A stretch of DNA of 64,000 nucleotides. Source: Opitutales bacterium (GTDB lineage: Bacteria; Verrucomicrobiota; Verrucomicrobiia; Opitutales; PNEW01). Shown one piece after another: positions 50,228-60,793 of this stretch. The first letter of the stretch is position 1, and every line of letters starts with the position of its first letter. Where the stretch lies: positions 151,401-215,400 of the forward strand of contig CBDANS010000004.1 of assembly GCA_965197745.1 (NCBI GenBank), given 5' to 3'. The notes beneath the pieces were generated by a model. That model had not been told where the DNA came from. It saw nothing but the letters and a program-made list of their open reading frames with translations, and did not search any database. A program made the translations under genes and the position numbers.

Positions 50228-53053
50228 CTAGAGATCGATCCGAACTTCACTCAATTTTGGTGAACCGCACCCATAGGGTGAAATAAATGTCGCTTTATAT
50301 TGCAGCCATTGGGCTTCACTTGGAATTTCCTCAATCGTTTCACCGGATGTTTTATAATAGGTGTTGTCCCCATCCGGGCCCCTCCAGGCGGCAGCCTCAA
50401 GACCCGCTTTCGTTTTACTCCACCGGAGCTGGAATTTAATTTTTAAGAGTTCTGTCTCTTCACTTTCCCAATGGATGTTGCTCGCCTCTCTATTACCCAG
50501 CTCGAAGGGTGGTGAAAAATAATGCTCTTCGGGCTTCCGCGTGAAGGCATTACCGTGATCATAGGAATACATCCCATGGGGGCCCAAACCGGGAAGCCGT
50601 GTCGGCGCTTTCGCAAAGAACCCATCGGGACCATTCCAGTATATCAACGAATCAACCTGGTGGCCGATATCATCACGGTGGCACGCCAGGACGATATCGA
50701 TCCAGCCGTTTCGATTTAAATCAATTTGAATAACGTCACCCGACCCGTAAGCTTCAAAGTTTACTGGGTTTTCAAGGTCCAGTCCTTTACCGTTACCCCA
50801 GAATAACTGGGCGGGTGGAACGCGTGTCGTAGGTGTTGCATAGGCTGTGACCATGAGATCCAAATTGCCATCATTATTATAATCCGCGACACCCGTATAC
50901 CTGGCACTGTAGGCGCCAAAGTATTCCTGAATATTTTTTGGATCATAACCGTCAGGGCCGCCATAAAAAATACGGAAGGTATCTTTATGGCGAAGGCGGG
51001 TGCCGAGGATGCTCGCAATCATGTCCAACCAGCCATCATTATTCAGGTCGGCAAAATTTATTTTTACTGCATCTCCCGTAGCGGCGCAGGGAAGATATTG
51101 CACATTGCTCTCGGAAAAACCATCAGCTTGACCAAAGTAAATCAATAACTGATTCCGAAAATCATGGAAGGCAATATCGATGTAGCCGTCTTTATTAACA
51201 TCCCCGATCGCGGCACTGAAACCGTAATTTTCTAAACGCTCGGTGCGTGAATCTGAAAATCCATCCTCGGATCCATAAAAGATGATCGATCTTTTTTCAG
51301 GATCATCCTGGACTTCATACACTATCGATACTGCGAGAAGATCGAGATAACCGTCACGATTAAAATCTGTGGTTTCGACATCGAAATGTGCACGCCCCCC
51401 CGTGGGTAAATCGGTAAACTTATCAAGGCTGATACCTTCAGGCACTCCCGCGTATACGCGCAAAGCATTGGGAATGCTGAACACGACTTCCGGGTATCCG
51501 TCCAGGTTTAAATCAGCAATGAGTGCGACATTACTATGTTTAGTTTCCAGTATAATGCGGTTTTCAACACTGTACTCAGCTTCGGCGTTTCCAAGATAGA
51601 CATAAGAGGGCACATTACTGACATGGCCATCATTAACATTGTTAAATATCACTTCCGGTACTCCGTCCCCGTTGAGATCCCCCGCAGTGTTCCCTATTAC
51701 CCCTTTAGTCGGAACCCAGCTCGTGTTGTCATCGGAATAACCGTCAGGTCCATTCCAATAGATAGGAGACTTCGTTTTATATTCATTTCCCTCGAAGTGC
51801 TTGCTGATGATCAGTTCAGGAAGATCATCTCCGTCGAGATCGGCAGCTGTTATCCAACGGGGATTTTTCACATTAACAGTTGATTTCACCTTTTCCAGGT
51901 TGTCGCCAGAACGGATTTGAATACCATCGGTGGTCGCGACAAGAAGATCAGGGATCCCATCGGCATTGACATCGGCAATGGCGGCGCGAATTATTTTCTC
52001 GCTGAATTCTGAGGTGAGCCCGGTCCCCTTAATAATCACCGGGTTTTCACTGTCTATCGATCCGTTTTCATTCCAGTAGACGCGAACTTGACCACCACCG
52101 CTGAAAGTAATGTCAATGTTCCCGTCTCCATTCAGATCTTCAAGGATGACCTGACTTGCCCCATAGGTAGGTAATGGTAATGGTTCCTCGGTCTTTACAC
52201 CATCCTTTGTTCCCCAGTATAACAGCGATTCGGTATTGGGGTCGATTTTTCCTACCCGGGAACTGGCCAAAACAATATCCGAGTAACCATCACTGTTCAG
52301 ATCTCCTGTTGCGATTCCCACGGCTCCTGTAGCCATCATTCCGTATTCCTTACCCTTATCATCAAAGCTGCGGTTATCTCCTTGTATATAGACGTGAGTT
52401 AACCGTGGTTTTGCCGGATTGTGACTGTCCTTCCACGCGGAGGGCATGACCAGGTCAAGCCGTCCATCACCGTTAAGGTCGACGGCTACTACATCAAAGG
52501 CCCCGATCGTCGGAAGATCGGTGCGGCTCGCTTCCGGTCCATCGGGCCCTCCCCAATAAATATAGCAAGGCAATTCGGAAGTGACTCCATTGTGACCAAT
52601 CATTGTTACTAAATCGTTATGGCCATCTCCATCCACGTCGATGACCTTGCTCATCAATCCACTGTCCGCGGACATTTGGTGTCGTTTCCAATTCTCACCC
52701 GAACTTTTCTCGAGTGAATAGACCCAGGTGGGACCGCGTTCGACTCTATCGTGAGAATTAGCGAGAACGATATCGACATAACCGTCACGGTTAACATCGA
52801 AATGGTTTATGATCTCAATCTCCCCCTTGGCGTTCACGTAGAGATTGTTTCCCGCGTTTTCGAATTGACCCTGGGAAAACCCATCAAAACCGCGATGCAC
52901 CCAGACTTCGGGTGCTTTCATTTCTTCAGCTTCCTTACGCGCTTTGCCCATGGAAAAAAGTGAGCTGCTGAATAATAACAGCATCGCAATTGCAGTTATC
53001 GTCGAGCGTGCCGGGTGTGGATAATGGAGAGCGGGCTTTTTCTTGTTTTTCAT
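50228..53053 (-). CDS. Secreted FG-GAP/VCBS-repeat beta-propeller protein
   Basis: More than ten DxNxDGxxD repeats with YWG motifs; signal peptide. Confidence 0.88.
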   Translation of the reverse strand: MKNKKKPALHYPHPARSTITAIAMLLLFSSSLFSMGKARKEAEEMKAPEVWVHRGFDGFSQGQFENAGNNLYVNAKGEIEIINHFDVNRDGYVDIVLANSHDRVERGPTWVYSLEKSSGENWKRHQMSADSGLMSKVIDVDGDGHNDLVTMIGHNGVTSELPCYIYWGGPDGPEASRTDLPTIGAFDVVAVDLNGDGRLDLVMPSAWKDSHNPAKPRLTHVYIQGDNRSFDDKGKEYGMMATGAVGIATGDLNSDGYSDIVLASSRVGKIDPNTESLLYWGTKDGVKTEEPLPLPTYGASQVILEDLNGDGNIDITFSGGGQVRVYWNENGSIDSENPVIIKGTGLTSEFSEKIIRAAIADVNADGIPDLLVATTDGIQIRSGDNLEKVKSTVNVKNPRWITAADLDGDDLPELIISKHFEGNEYKTKSPIYWNGPDGYSDDNTSWVPTKGVIGNTAGDLNGDGVPEVIFNNVNDGHVSNVPSYVYLGNAEAEYSVENRIILETKHSNVALIADLNLDGYPEVVFSIPNALRVYAGVPEGISLDKFTDLPTGGRAHFDVETTDFNRDGYLDLLAVSIVYEVQDDPEKRSIIFYGSEDGFSDSRTERLENYGFSAAIGDVNKDGYIDIAFHDFRNQLLIYFGQADGFSESNVQYLPCAATGDAVKINFADLNNDGWLDMIASILGTRLRHKDTFRIFYGGPDGYDPKNIQEYFGAYSARYTGVADYNNDGNLDLMVTAYATPTTRVPPAQLFWGNGKGLDLENPVNFEAYGSGDVIQIDLNRNGWIDIVLACHRDDIGHQVDSLIYWNGPDGFFAKAPTRLPGLGPHGMYSYDHGNAFTRKPEEHYFSPPFELGNREASNIHWESEETELLKIKFQLRWSKTKAGLEAAAWRGPDGDNTYYKTSGETIEEIPSEAQWLQYKATFISPYGCGSPKLSEVRIDL

Positions 53054-53112
53054 ATTATATACATTTTCAAGAGACGTCGTTTGAACATTATCATTCTACT
53101 CGAGATTGTAAT

Positions 53113-53922
53113 TTAATTATTTGATTCCTTTAAAATTTTATTAGTGGCCTGCAGCGCGCTGCTATAACCGTCTCTAAGCGCGTCGAGATCCTGAATACAG
53201 TTAAGCCAGCGAACTCCCTTCTCAACGACATTACGCATTGATTCGTTCGGTGCGACCGGGGTCCCCATAACTTTGCCATGGGTGCGGCAGGCTGCGCCGA
53301 CTTTGTCATAGACTTCCAATATTTTTTCATGATTGATCGGATGATCAGCTTCACCGACCACGCCGTAACTTTGCGAGAGATCGCCATGACCGACAAATAA
53401 CAAATCTATTCCCTCGATCGCGGCAATAGCGTCGACATTATCGACACCTTCTTTATCTTCGATCATCACTCCGAGCAGGGTGTGTTCGTTGGCCTTTTCC
53501 ACATACTTTTTCAACCCAAGCTTACCGTAGTGAGAATCTCGACCTAAACCCATACCACGCATCCCGATCGGTTGATATTTTGCCATGCTAACAAAATGAC
53601 GCGCGTCATCGGCGCTTTTACAATGCGGCCAGATCAAACCACCGGCGCCCAGTTCCAGGGGCTTGATGACCTGGTTATAAGGTCCATGGGGGATGCGGAC
53701 AATAGCATCAAGATCTGCCATGCGTGTGGCTATAATCAAATTCGATAGTCCATCAAGACTGAGGTGCGTGTGTTCCATGTCAATCCACACACAGCTGTAA
53801 CCGGCTTGAGCAATCATCTCAACAACGACCGGATTAAATACCCGGTTGATATCCGCAAGGACGACCGATTCACCCCTGAGCAGCGCCGCTTTTGTTCTGT
53901 TAACTTTAAATTGGGTATTCAT
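53113..53922 (-). CDS. HpcH/HpaI class II aldolase
   Basis: WIDMEH, P.GMRG, VMIE, IDLLFVG.GDLS. Confidence 0.9.
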   Translation of the reverse strand: MNTQFKVNRTKAALLRGESVVLADINRVFNPVVVEMIAQAGYSCVWIDMEHTHLSLDGLSNLIIATRMADLDAIVRIPHGPYNQVIKPLELGAGGLIWPHCKSADDARHFVSMAKYQPIGMRGMGLGRDSHYGKLGLKKYVEKANEHTLLGVMIEDKEGVDNVDAIAAIEGIDLLFVGHGDLSQSYGVVGEADHPINHEKILEVYDKVGAACRTHGKVMGTPVAPNESMRNVVEKGVRWLNCIQDLDALRDGYSSALQATNKILKESNN

Positions 53923-54130
53923 AAAATTGATTTAATACCGATATAGTTAGGACATTCAAGCTAGAGTAAGCCGGAAATATCAATGTGGGTCAAATTAGCG
54001 ATTGTTTAAGCCAGGTTTAGAGCGTGGGGAGAACGGCTTAGGGGCTGATTATTAGTCCTTCCTCAAAAAGGAAATGCTCAATTCAAGCATCTCAGATGGC
54101 TTTCATTTCCCGAAAAAGATTTCAATGATA

Positions 54131-55609
54131 TCACTTAATTTTCTTTTTATTAATTGTGCCTTCAACGATTTGCGCCATCCGCTGAAATTCGTCCTCGTTT
54201 CGTTTGATATCGTTAGGATTTAAATCGGCATAGTTGTTGCGCAATTCGGCCATTAAATAACTGCGCCGTAATGTGTGGTTGTCGTGTCTACCCCAAAACA
54301 ATTGAGATATCAGGACACTATTATTTTCTGCCATTAATTTCCACACACGGGGGGCTTCGCGAGGATCATATCCCGCGGCGACCATGTATTCGAGGCCAAT
54401 GCGATCTGCCTGATTTTCAAGTTTCCTGGAGTATCCGTTGCGAATGGCATTAGCAGTCATATCAAGAACATCCGGGACTACGTTCACCCCCATAGCAGCG
54501 GCGGCGATGGCCCCGATACGGATAGCTATCAGTTCTCCCCTGCGGTGATCGCGCTGACGACGTAAGTGTTCCTGGATAGCATGAGCTATCTCATGTCCCA
54601 GGACTGAAGCTAACTGAGCTTCATTTTCCAGCAACTCGAAGATCGGTGAGAATACTACGATAACCCCGTTAGGTAATGAGAAGGCATTGAACTGCTTGCC
54701 TTTGACGAGAAAAAACTTGAATGGAATCTTATTCGGATCGTCGTCGGCCAATGATCGTTGGTAGTAGGGAATTAAACTTTCACCTATTCGGCGGATGTAG
54801 GCTTGTGCTTCTTCGCTGGGAACGAGCTTAAAAGCGCCAACTCTCGTGATACTAAGCACACCGGGTTTTAGTTTCTCATAATTCGGCTCTCGAATTTTTG
54901 GGGTAAGTGTCCTCCCTAATTTAACTTCCCTATTTAACAGCTCGTTGCGCATGAATTCCAATTTGAGCGCGAATATACTACCGTCATCCTCACGGTAGCC
55001 TTCATAAGTCATGAATGTATCCGGTCCAATCTCGTCGAGGGATTGCAGGGGACGAATATAATTCCTCATCGCTTCTTCTTGCTGCTCATTTACCCCTTTT
55101 CTTTTTTTCCGAGCTTCTTTTTTTAAAGCTATTCTCTCAGACTTGTTCAGCTTGAAAACCACCTCTGTCGATGGTCGAACCTGAATACGTTGACCATCGG
55201 CGAAAAAACGACCGACCCATCCGTCAGATTCTCTCACTAGTTTTGGTGGACGTTCGAGAAGAGCGGTGCGCTTAATTCTTTTAAATTCCTCGAGGAATAT
55301 CATGATCGATTGTGCCTCTACAATACCTGTTTCCTCATGGTATAAACCGTTGATCCTAACTTCTGTGCCAATACGTATATCCACGGGACCGACATATACA
55401 GATAGCGCACTATCAGCTTTCTCTATTTCCAGTATCAGATCCGGATCGCGTTCGATACGATAATCTTCAATTTCAAAAGATGTTGGAGAAACAATATTGG
55501 TTACAAAGCCGCGAATTGTTATCGGTTGCGTTTCCGCGATGACAACGGAACTAAGCGTAATTGCAAAAGCTAAAAAAAGTGCTGGATATTTAATGGAGCT
55601 TTTCATCAC
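54131..55609 (-). CDS. M48 family zinc metallopeptidase with N-terminal DUF5666-like repeats
   Basis: NAFSLPNG, ASVLGHEIAH, YSRKLENQADRIG, AGYDP; signal peptide. Confidence 0.88.
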   Translation of the reverse strand: MMKSSIKYPALFLAFAITLSSVVIAETQPITIRGFVTNIVSPTSFEIEDYRIERDPDLILEIEKADSALSVYVGPVDIRIGTEVRINGLYHEETGIVEAQSIMIFLEEFKRIKRTALLERPPKLVRESDGWVGRFFADGQRIQVRPSTEVVFKLNKSERIALKKEARKKRKGVNEQQEEAMRNYIRPLQSLDEIGPDTFMTYEGYREDDGSIFALKLEFMRNELLNREVKLGRTLTPKIREPNYEKLKPGVLSITRVGAFKLVPSEEAQAYIRRIGESLIPYYQRSLADDDPNKIPFKFFLVKGKQFNAFSLPNGVIVVFSPIFELLENEAQLASVLGHEIAHAIQEHLRRQRDHRRGELIAIRIGAIAAAAMGVNVVPDVLDMTANAIRNGYSRKLENQADRIGLEYMVAAGYDPREAPRVWKLMAENNSVLISQLFWGRHDNHTLRRSYLMAELRNNYADLNPNDIKRNEDEFQRMAQIVEGTINKKKIK

Positions 55610-55693
55610 TTAAGTGCATCAACCATAGCACGAAATGCGAACATCAGCAAATATCGTTTGTGTGGATGTAGATTATATTTACAAATTGTGAGG

Positions 55694-55809
55694 AGTCGAA
55701 AGTCTAAGGTCGAATGATAGAGAGCCATGCAAAGCAAGTCGGCTTCGCTCTCGATACGCATTTATCTATTGACCTTCGACTTTCGACCTTCGACTTTCGA
55801 CCTTTGACT
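55694..55809. repeat. Inverted heptamer arrays (RGTCKAA)n / (TTVGACY)n
   Basis: 55694-55714 and 55769-55809; also 57172-57202, 57401-57430, 58485-58511, 61671-61705, 62939-62959. Confidence 0.85.
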
Positions 55810-55820
55810 ATTTAAATACC

Positions 55821-56657
55821 ATGCTATCGGATATAGAGAGAGATAAACGAATTTCGCGAGGACTGGATTTTATTAATGAAAACGGGTCGGACCATACGAA
55901 GGCTATTGCTAATGCCATTGTGAATCCGGAAGTTGAGGATGAAGCGCTGAAAGAGCTGCAGCCATTTCAGAATAAGGACGGTGGTTGGCGGGGAATGGAT
56001 AGTGATATGAAAGGGCCCATCTCCACCATTTCCTGTACCTGGGTAGCGATGCAGTGGCTGTCCTGGCTTAATCAAAAGGATTCGGAATGTGTAAAGAAGA
56101 CCGTTGATTTTTTAATAAAGGTTCAAAATAAAAACGGATCCTGGGATGAACCAGAAGCGATATTAAAATACGACCCTCCGCCCTGGATGGTTCCTGGAGA
56201 ACACGAAAATCAACTATGGTTGACCTCTGCCATATGTTGCCAGCTGATGGAGATAAATAAAACAGCTGAGGTTAATTTTAACGAGGCAATTGATTTTCTC
56301 CGAGGGGGATGGGACGGTGAGTGTTTTAACAGAGACGCCCATCCCCATTGGATGGCGATCGTTATCTTTTACCATCTTCGCGAGGATTCAAAAGTAAACG
56401 AGGCTATTGCCGAGGGATGTAAACAGTTTTTGATCTCTAATACATCAGAGGGAAAAGAAGACCCCATTGATTATGTTGATATTGCCTACGCATCGCTTCG
56501 TGTCGGTAACTGGGCGGATGATTTATTGAAAATATCAATCGATAGACTATTGGAAAGCCAGGCCGAAGATGGCGGTTGGATCACAAATTATGGTGATCAA
56601 CATCGTTCGATGGGAACAGCAAGAGCTATCTACCTGATTAAAATATTACCCAGGTAA
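55821..56657 (+). CDS. Prenyltransferase/squalene-cyclase (QW) repeat protein
   Basis: QNKDGGW, QNKNGSW, QAEDGGW repeats. Confidence 0.78.
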   Translation: MLSDIERDKRISRGLDFINENGSDHTKAIANAIVNPEVEDEALKELQPFQNKDGGWRGMDSDMKGPISTISCTWVAMQWLSWLNQKDSECVKKTVDFLIKVQNKNGSWDEPEAILKYDPPPWMVPGEHENQLWLTSAICCQLMEINKTAEVNFNEAIDFLRGGWDGECFNRDAHPHWMAIVIFYHLREDSKVNEAIAEGCKQFLISNTSEGKEDPIDYVDIAYASLRVGNWADDLLKISIDRLLESQAEDGGWITNYGDQHRSMGTARAIYLIKILPR

Positions 56658-56691
56658 AATTAATAACGTAGGAATTATTCTAAAAAAATTT

Positions 56692-57162
56692 GTGGATAAA
56701 ATATTCTGGCTTATTCCGGAGAAGCTCGCCGGCCGGCCCGGTCCCGACACTGAGCCGTGGAACCTTGCTTCTTTGCGTGAGGGTGGCATTGGAGCGATCC
56801 TCTCCGTGAACGACGGTCGACTGTGCGATCCCAACGAACTTCAAGCCCAGGGTATCAATTACCTTTGCACCCCTTTTTCAGACTACGCTCCTCCCATTCC
56901 CGGTAATGAAAAGACTTGTCTGGCCGCTCTGCCTAAAGCTTATGCCTTTGCGAAGAGTGAAATAGGGAAGGGGCACGGAGTTATCGTTCACTGTTCAGCG
57001 GGGAAAGATAGAACCGGCCTCTTTCTCTCTTATTTCCTCATGCAGCAGGACGGTTTATCTCCAACCGAAGCGATGCAAGCTGTCCGAAAGGTTCGACCAA
57101 TTGCATTCACGGCGTGGGGATGGGAACCGTTTGTCGAATTGGTACTCGAAAGCTGTGTGTGA
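56692..57162 (+). CDS. Dual-specificity/tyrosine protein phosphatase
   Basis: VHCSAGKDRTG (HCX5R). Confidence 0.9.
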   Translation: MDKIFWLIPEKLAGRPGPDTEPWNLASLREGGIGAILSVNDGRLCDPNELQAQGINYLCTPFSDYAPPIPGNEKTCLAALPKAYAFAKSEIGKGHGVIVHCSAGKDRTGLFLSYFLMQQDGLSPTEAMQAVRKVRPIAFTAWGWEPFVELVLESCV

Positions 57163-57210
57163 AAAGGGGGGAGTCGAAGGTCGAAGGTCTAATGTCTAAA
57201 GTATTTTAAT

Positions 57211-57305
57211 GGAGGGACGTGCTCCGTCGCGTCCGTAACCAATATTTAAAATAGGAATATAAATAATTTTCAAATTTTAGCGGACGCGACGGAGCGCATC
57301 CCTCC
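57211..57305. repeat. Inverted REP-like doublet (GGAG + palindrome)
   Basis: GGAG-GGACGYG-CTCCGT-CGCGTCC, AT-rich spacer, inverted copy. Other copies 58174-58317, 61534-61557, 62737-62832, 63785-63808, with covarying stem GGCCACG/CGTGGCC. Confidence 0.85.
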
Positions 57306-57438
57306 ATTTCATTTTTTGTGCATCTTGCTTACTGACCATAGTCCCGCTACCGTGGGACGGCGATTGGTGGTTATTAATTATTAATAATAAAAACTTGATA
57401 CCTTCGACAATCGACCTTTGACTTTCGACCCTATCCCC

Positions 57439-58125
57439 ATGAAATACAAAGCGATAATTTTTGATTTGTTTGGGACGCTTGTAGATAATTTCTCTCTCGT
57501 TGGGCATGAGCGAGTGCTGAAGAGAATGGCAACTATCCTTTCGGTTCCATCTGAAGCTTTTGTCCATCTAACGGTCAGCACCTTCCATGAACGGGCAACC
57601 GGGGTATATCCCAACACCGAAGCTTTTATCCGATATGCCTGTAAAGCACTTGGAGGTAACCCTGGTGAAGAGGTTATAAAGTCAGCGGTACAGATCAGAG
57701 CTGATTTTGAACTTCGTGCGATGGCCCCACGTGATGACGCACTAGAGACTTTAAAGGATTTAAAAACCATGGGTTACAGGATTGGTCTGATAACTAATTG
57801 CACCTCCGAAGCGCCCGATTTATGGGCGGAAACACCCTTTGATCTACTTATAGATATCCCCATATTTTCTTCTTCGGTAGGGTTTATGAAGCCGGACCCA
57901 AGAATTTATCATTTAGCCTGTGAAAAATTAAAGGTTTCTCCGCACGATTGCCTTTTCATCGGGGATGGGAGCAATCAGGAACTCACCGGCGCCACTCAAG
58001 TGGGGATGGAAGCAGTCCATATTCGTATACCCGATGAAGAGCACGAGGATGCCTATATGATAGATGGTGAAGAATGGAATGGAACATCTATCTCGGCATT
58101 AAACGAAGTTTTGGAATTGGTATGA
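57439..58125 (+). CDS. HAD family hydrolase
   Basis: FDLFGTL, LITN, KPDPRIY, FIGDG. Confidence 0.92.
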   Translation: MKYKAIIFDLFGTLVDNFSLVGHERVLKRMATILSVPSEAFVHLTVSTFHERATGVYPNTEAFIRYACKALGGNPGEEVIKSAVQIRADFELRAMAPRDDALETLKDLKTMGYRIGLITNCTSEAPDLWAETPFDLLIDIPIFSSSVGFMKPDPRIYHLACEKLKVSPHDCLFIGDGSNQELTGATQVGMEAVHIRIPDEEHEDAYMIDGEEWNGTSISALNEVLELV

Positions 58126-58524
58126 TGAAATATAAGGTTCAAGTAACTTGCTGGGAGTCTAATATCTTTTATTGGAGGGACGCGCGGATGCTTGTCGGCC
58201 ATAGCCTCCCGCGACTGCGGGACGGAGCGATGGCTGATCGCGTCCGTAACCAATATATAAAATAAGAAAATAATTGATTTTTAAAATTTTAGCGGACGCG
58301 ACGGAGCGCGTCCCTCCATTTGCAACAAACATGAAATAAATAAGTGGAGCGAGCTGTCCTAGTACGCTTTCTCTTTTTGTGATTTTTGTGCCTATTGTGG
58401 CTATCTCTAACGCAGACGAAGACGAAGATTTTAATGACTAATCATCCTCGAATTATATGAATAAACACATAACACTTGTTTCCCTTGACCTTCGACCTTA
58501 GACTTTCGACTCACATTTCCCCCT

Positions 58525-59104
58525 ATGAGTATCGAGATTATCGAAGAACCGGTATCTGCTTTAGCTGCCTATGGCGAAGTGTCGATTGCCTTTGAAGTGA
58601 AATCTCAATTGCGAATAGAATCGATTAACAATGGGCTGGGTGGGGTCCTTTTTAAAGAAGAGGAAATCGAAGATCCCTATATAAAGGACCCGGATCTGAT
58701 TGAAGGTGAAAGGCCCCCTTCAATGGGCGAAGACCATGGATACAACCCATTGGGGTGTTTTATCAGCCTTTGATAATGCTCAAAGAATTGGGGGCGCGGT
58801 AGTCGCATGGAAAACACCAGGTATACTTTATATGCTTGAAAATCGTGATGATCAGGCCGCCCTGTGGGACATCCGGATTCATCCCGATCATCGTGGCCAG
58901 GGGGTGGGCACTCTATTGTTCAGCGGTGCTGCTGATTGGGCCCGTGATAAGGGATGTCGTTTGTTAAAAATTGAAACCCAAAATAATAATGTGTCAGCAT
59001 GTAGGTTTTATGAACGACAAGGATGTAACCTCGGAGCGATCAACCGCTATGCATATCCAGATTTACCCGAGGAGATTCAACTATTATGGTGCCTGGAACT
59101 ATAA
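58525..59104 (+). pseudogene. GNAT acetyltransferase (streptothricin acetyltransferase-like), frameshifted near 58710
   Basis: Two overlapping ORFs; LWDIRIHPDHRGQGVG..KIETQNNN..ACRFY; one extra base in GAAAGGCCCCC. Confidence 0.8.
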
Positions 59105-59119
59105 TGTGACATCGCCGTT

Positions 59120-59197
59120 TTCGTGTTCGTCATCGTCTTCGTCCCTGAATTACACCCTATTGTCATTGCGAGCGAAGCGTGGCAATCCAGGCAGATG
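59120..59197 (+). repeat. Duplicated block: (TCGTCW)n + GTCATTGCGAG..GCAATCC palindromic element
   Basis: Close match to 61357-61439; both copies directly follow GNAT genes. Confidence 0.8.
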
Positions 59198-59341
59198 TCT
59201 GTTGCGTATCGAGAGCAGGTTAAATAATAATTATCGTCATCGTCCCGTATATTAATTACAATTTAATACGCGTTTATAACCTTTACACAAGTTTAATTGT
59301 GTGTTATATTTACCCTTAATTAAACCAAAATTAAGGACAAT

Positions 59342-60196
59342 ATGAAAAGTTTCTATGAATTCCAAAAGCAATTCCCTAACGATGAAGCATGTTTGCAACG
59401 TATTATGGTTGAGCGCTATGGTGGCACAGAGCTTGACTGCCCAAAATGTGACGCTTTTAGTAAGTTTTATCGCATGACAAGAGATCGTGGATATGTATGC
59501 CAACACTGTGGTCATCATCTTTACCCATGTGTTGGAACACTTATGGGGAATACCCACCTTCCTCTCCATAAGTGGTTCTACGCCATGTATTTGTTTTCTA
59601 CTTCTCGGCATGGTGTTGCAGCAATGGAACTGAGTCGGCAACTTGACGTGCCATACAAAACCGCATGGCGTATGGCGCACGAAATTCGCAAATATATGGC
59701 GGACGTTGACGGTGAAAATACTTTGAAAGGTATTGTAGAAGCCGACGAAATCTATATTTGGGGGAGACATTCTGGGGGCAAGCGTGGACGTGGTGCATCT
59801 AATAAAACGGTGGTCTTTGGGATGCTTGAACGTAACGGCGAAATAATGACTAAAATTGTTCCTAATGTTCGCAAACACGTCCTTCAACCCATTGTTAAAG
59901 AAAACGTGAAACAAGGAAGCATAATGCATACTGATGAACTCCGATCTTATAATGGGATTAATAAAATTGGTTATAGGCATAGAACTGTTAATCACGGGGA
60001 TGGCGAATATAGTCGGGGAGATATTCATGTTAACGGGATTGAGGGGTTCTGGGCGCGCTTGAAGCTTTCGATACGCGGGACGCACGTCCACGTTTCGAAG
60101 AAGCATCTCCAGAAATATGTGAAGGAGTTTGAATATCGCTACAATCGTCGGGATTGGCCGAACGCGATTTTTGGGGATTTGGTCGCAAATCTTTAG
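59342..60196 (+). CDS. IS1595 (ISXO2-like) DDE transposase
   Basis: Zn ribbon CPKC..CQHC, VEADE, KRGRG, HTDE, HVNGIEGFW, YVKEFEYRYNRR. Confidence 0.95.
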   Translation: MKSFYEFQKQFPNDEACLQRIMVERYGGTELDCPKCDAFSKFYRMTRDRGYVCQHCGHHLYPCVGTLMGNTHLPLHKWFYAMYLFSTSRHGVAAMELSRQLDVPYKTAWRMAHEIRKYMADVDGENTLKGIVEADEIYIWGRHSGGKRGRGASNKTVVFGMLERNGEIMTKIVPNVRKHVLQPIVKENVKQGSIMHTDELRSYNGINKIGYRHRTVNHGDGEYSRGDIHVNGIEGFWARLKLSIRGTHVHVSKKHLQKYVKEFEYRYNRRDWPNAIFGDLVANL

Positions 60197-60276
60197 AGCA
60201 CGCTGCTTTGATCAGTGCATTAAACCTCGCCTGTGATTTAGTTGTCATTTTGAGTCATTAAGCGTTCTATTTCTGA

Positions 60277-60684
60277 TCATGGTATGGTAACAAAGCAATC
60301 AACGAGTAATTGATAAGCTCCTTTCCTCTTACAGCCACGTTTACCACGTACATATACTACAGTTCCAACATCGTATGGAGGGCGTTTATAATCTTTTGTA
60401 GAGCATTGAATGTCGTATAAAAATTCGCCTTGCATATCTCGAGCAAAAAAGTGATCGAGACCATCAATATTCTCAACTCTCAAAACATATATCACATAGT
60501 TTTGTTTGAAAACAAAAAGCCACGTTTTTAATTCAGGAATAGCACATAAAAGAACACACAAAAGCATCAAACTTGCAAAGCCAAACAATATCATTGTGGA
60601 CTCCTGGTGGATGTAGAACTCGATAATAAGACCAATCCCGACTCCAAAGCCAAACAGGAAACAGTTTCTAAGTCTTTTAACCAC
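60277..60684 (-). CDS. IS passenger: small two-TM hypothetical protein
   Basis: 135-aa ORF inside the IRs with two hydrophobic helices; its 5' part is repeated in the second IS copy. Confidence 0.6.
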   Translation of the reverse strand: MVKRLRNCFLFGFGVGIGLIIEFYIHQESTMILFGFASLMLLCVLLCAIPELKTWLFVFKQNYVIYVLRVENIDGLDHFFARDMQGEFLYDIQCSTKDYKRPPYDVGTVVYVRGKRGCKRKGAYQLLVDCFVTIP

Positions 60685-60793
60685 TTATGTTTCATAATTA
60701 ATGGTTGTTGTCTTGTGTTAAGGTTATAAACGCGTTTTAATAAGCACTCAATTTAAGACGAAGGCGGAGAGGCAGACGAAGACGAAGATTATC

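Larger units (their letters stand above)
59269..60734 (+). mobile_element. IS1595-family element with passenger gene
   Basis: IRs CGCGTTTATAACCTTWACACAAG at both ends; flanks ATTTAATA/TTTTAATA (7/8 TSD). Confidence 0.93.

Noticed and set aside
59252..60106. 284-aa antisense ORF over the IS1595 transposase
   Set aside because: Shadow ORF with no recognisable motifs, lying almost entirely opposite a clear transposase.
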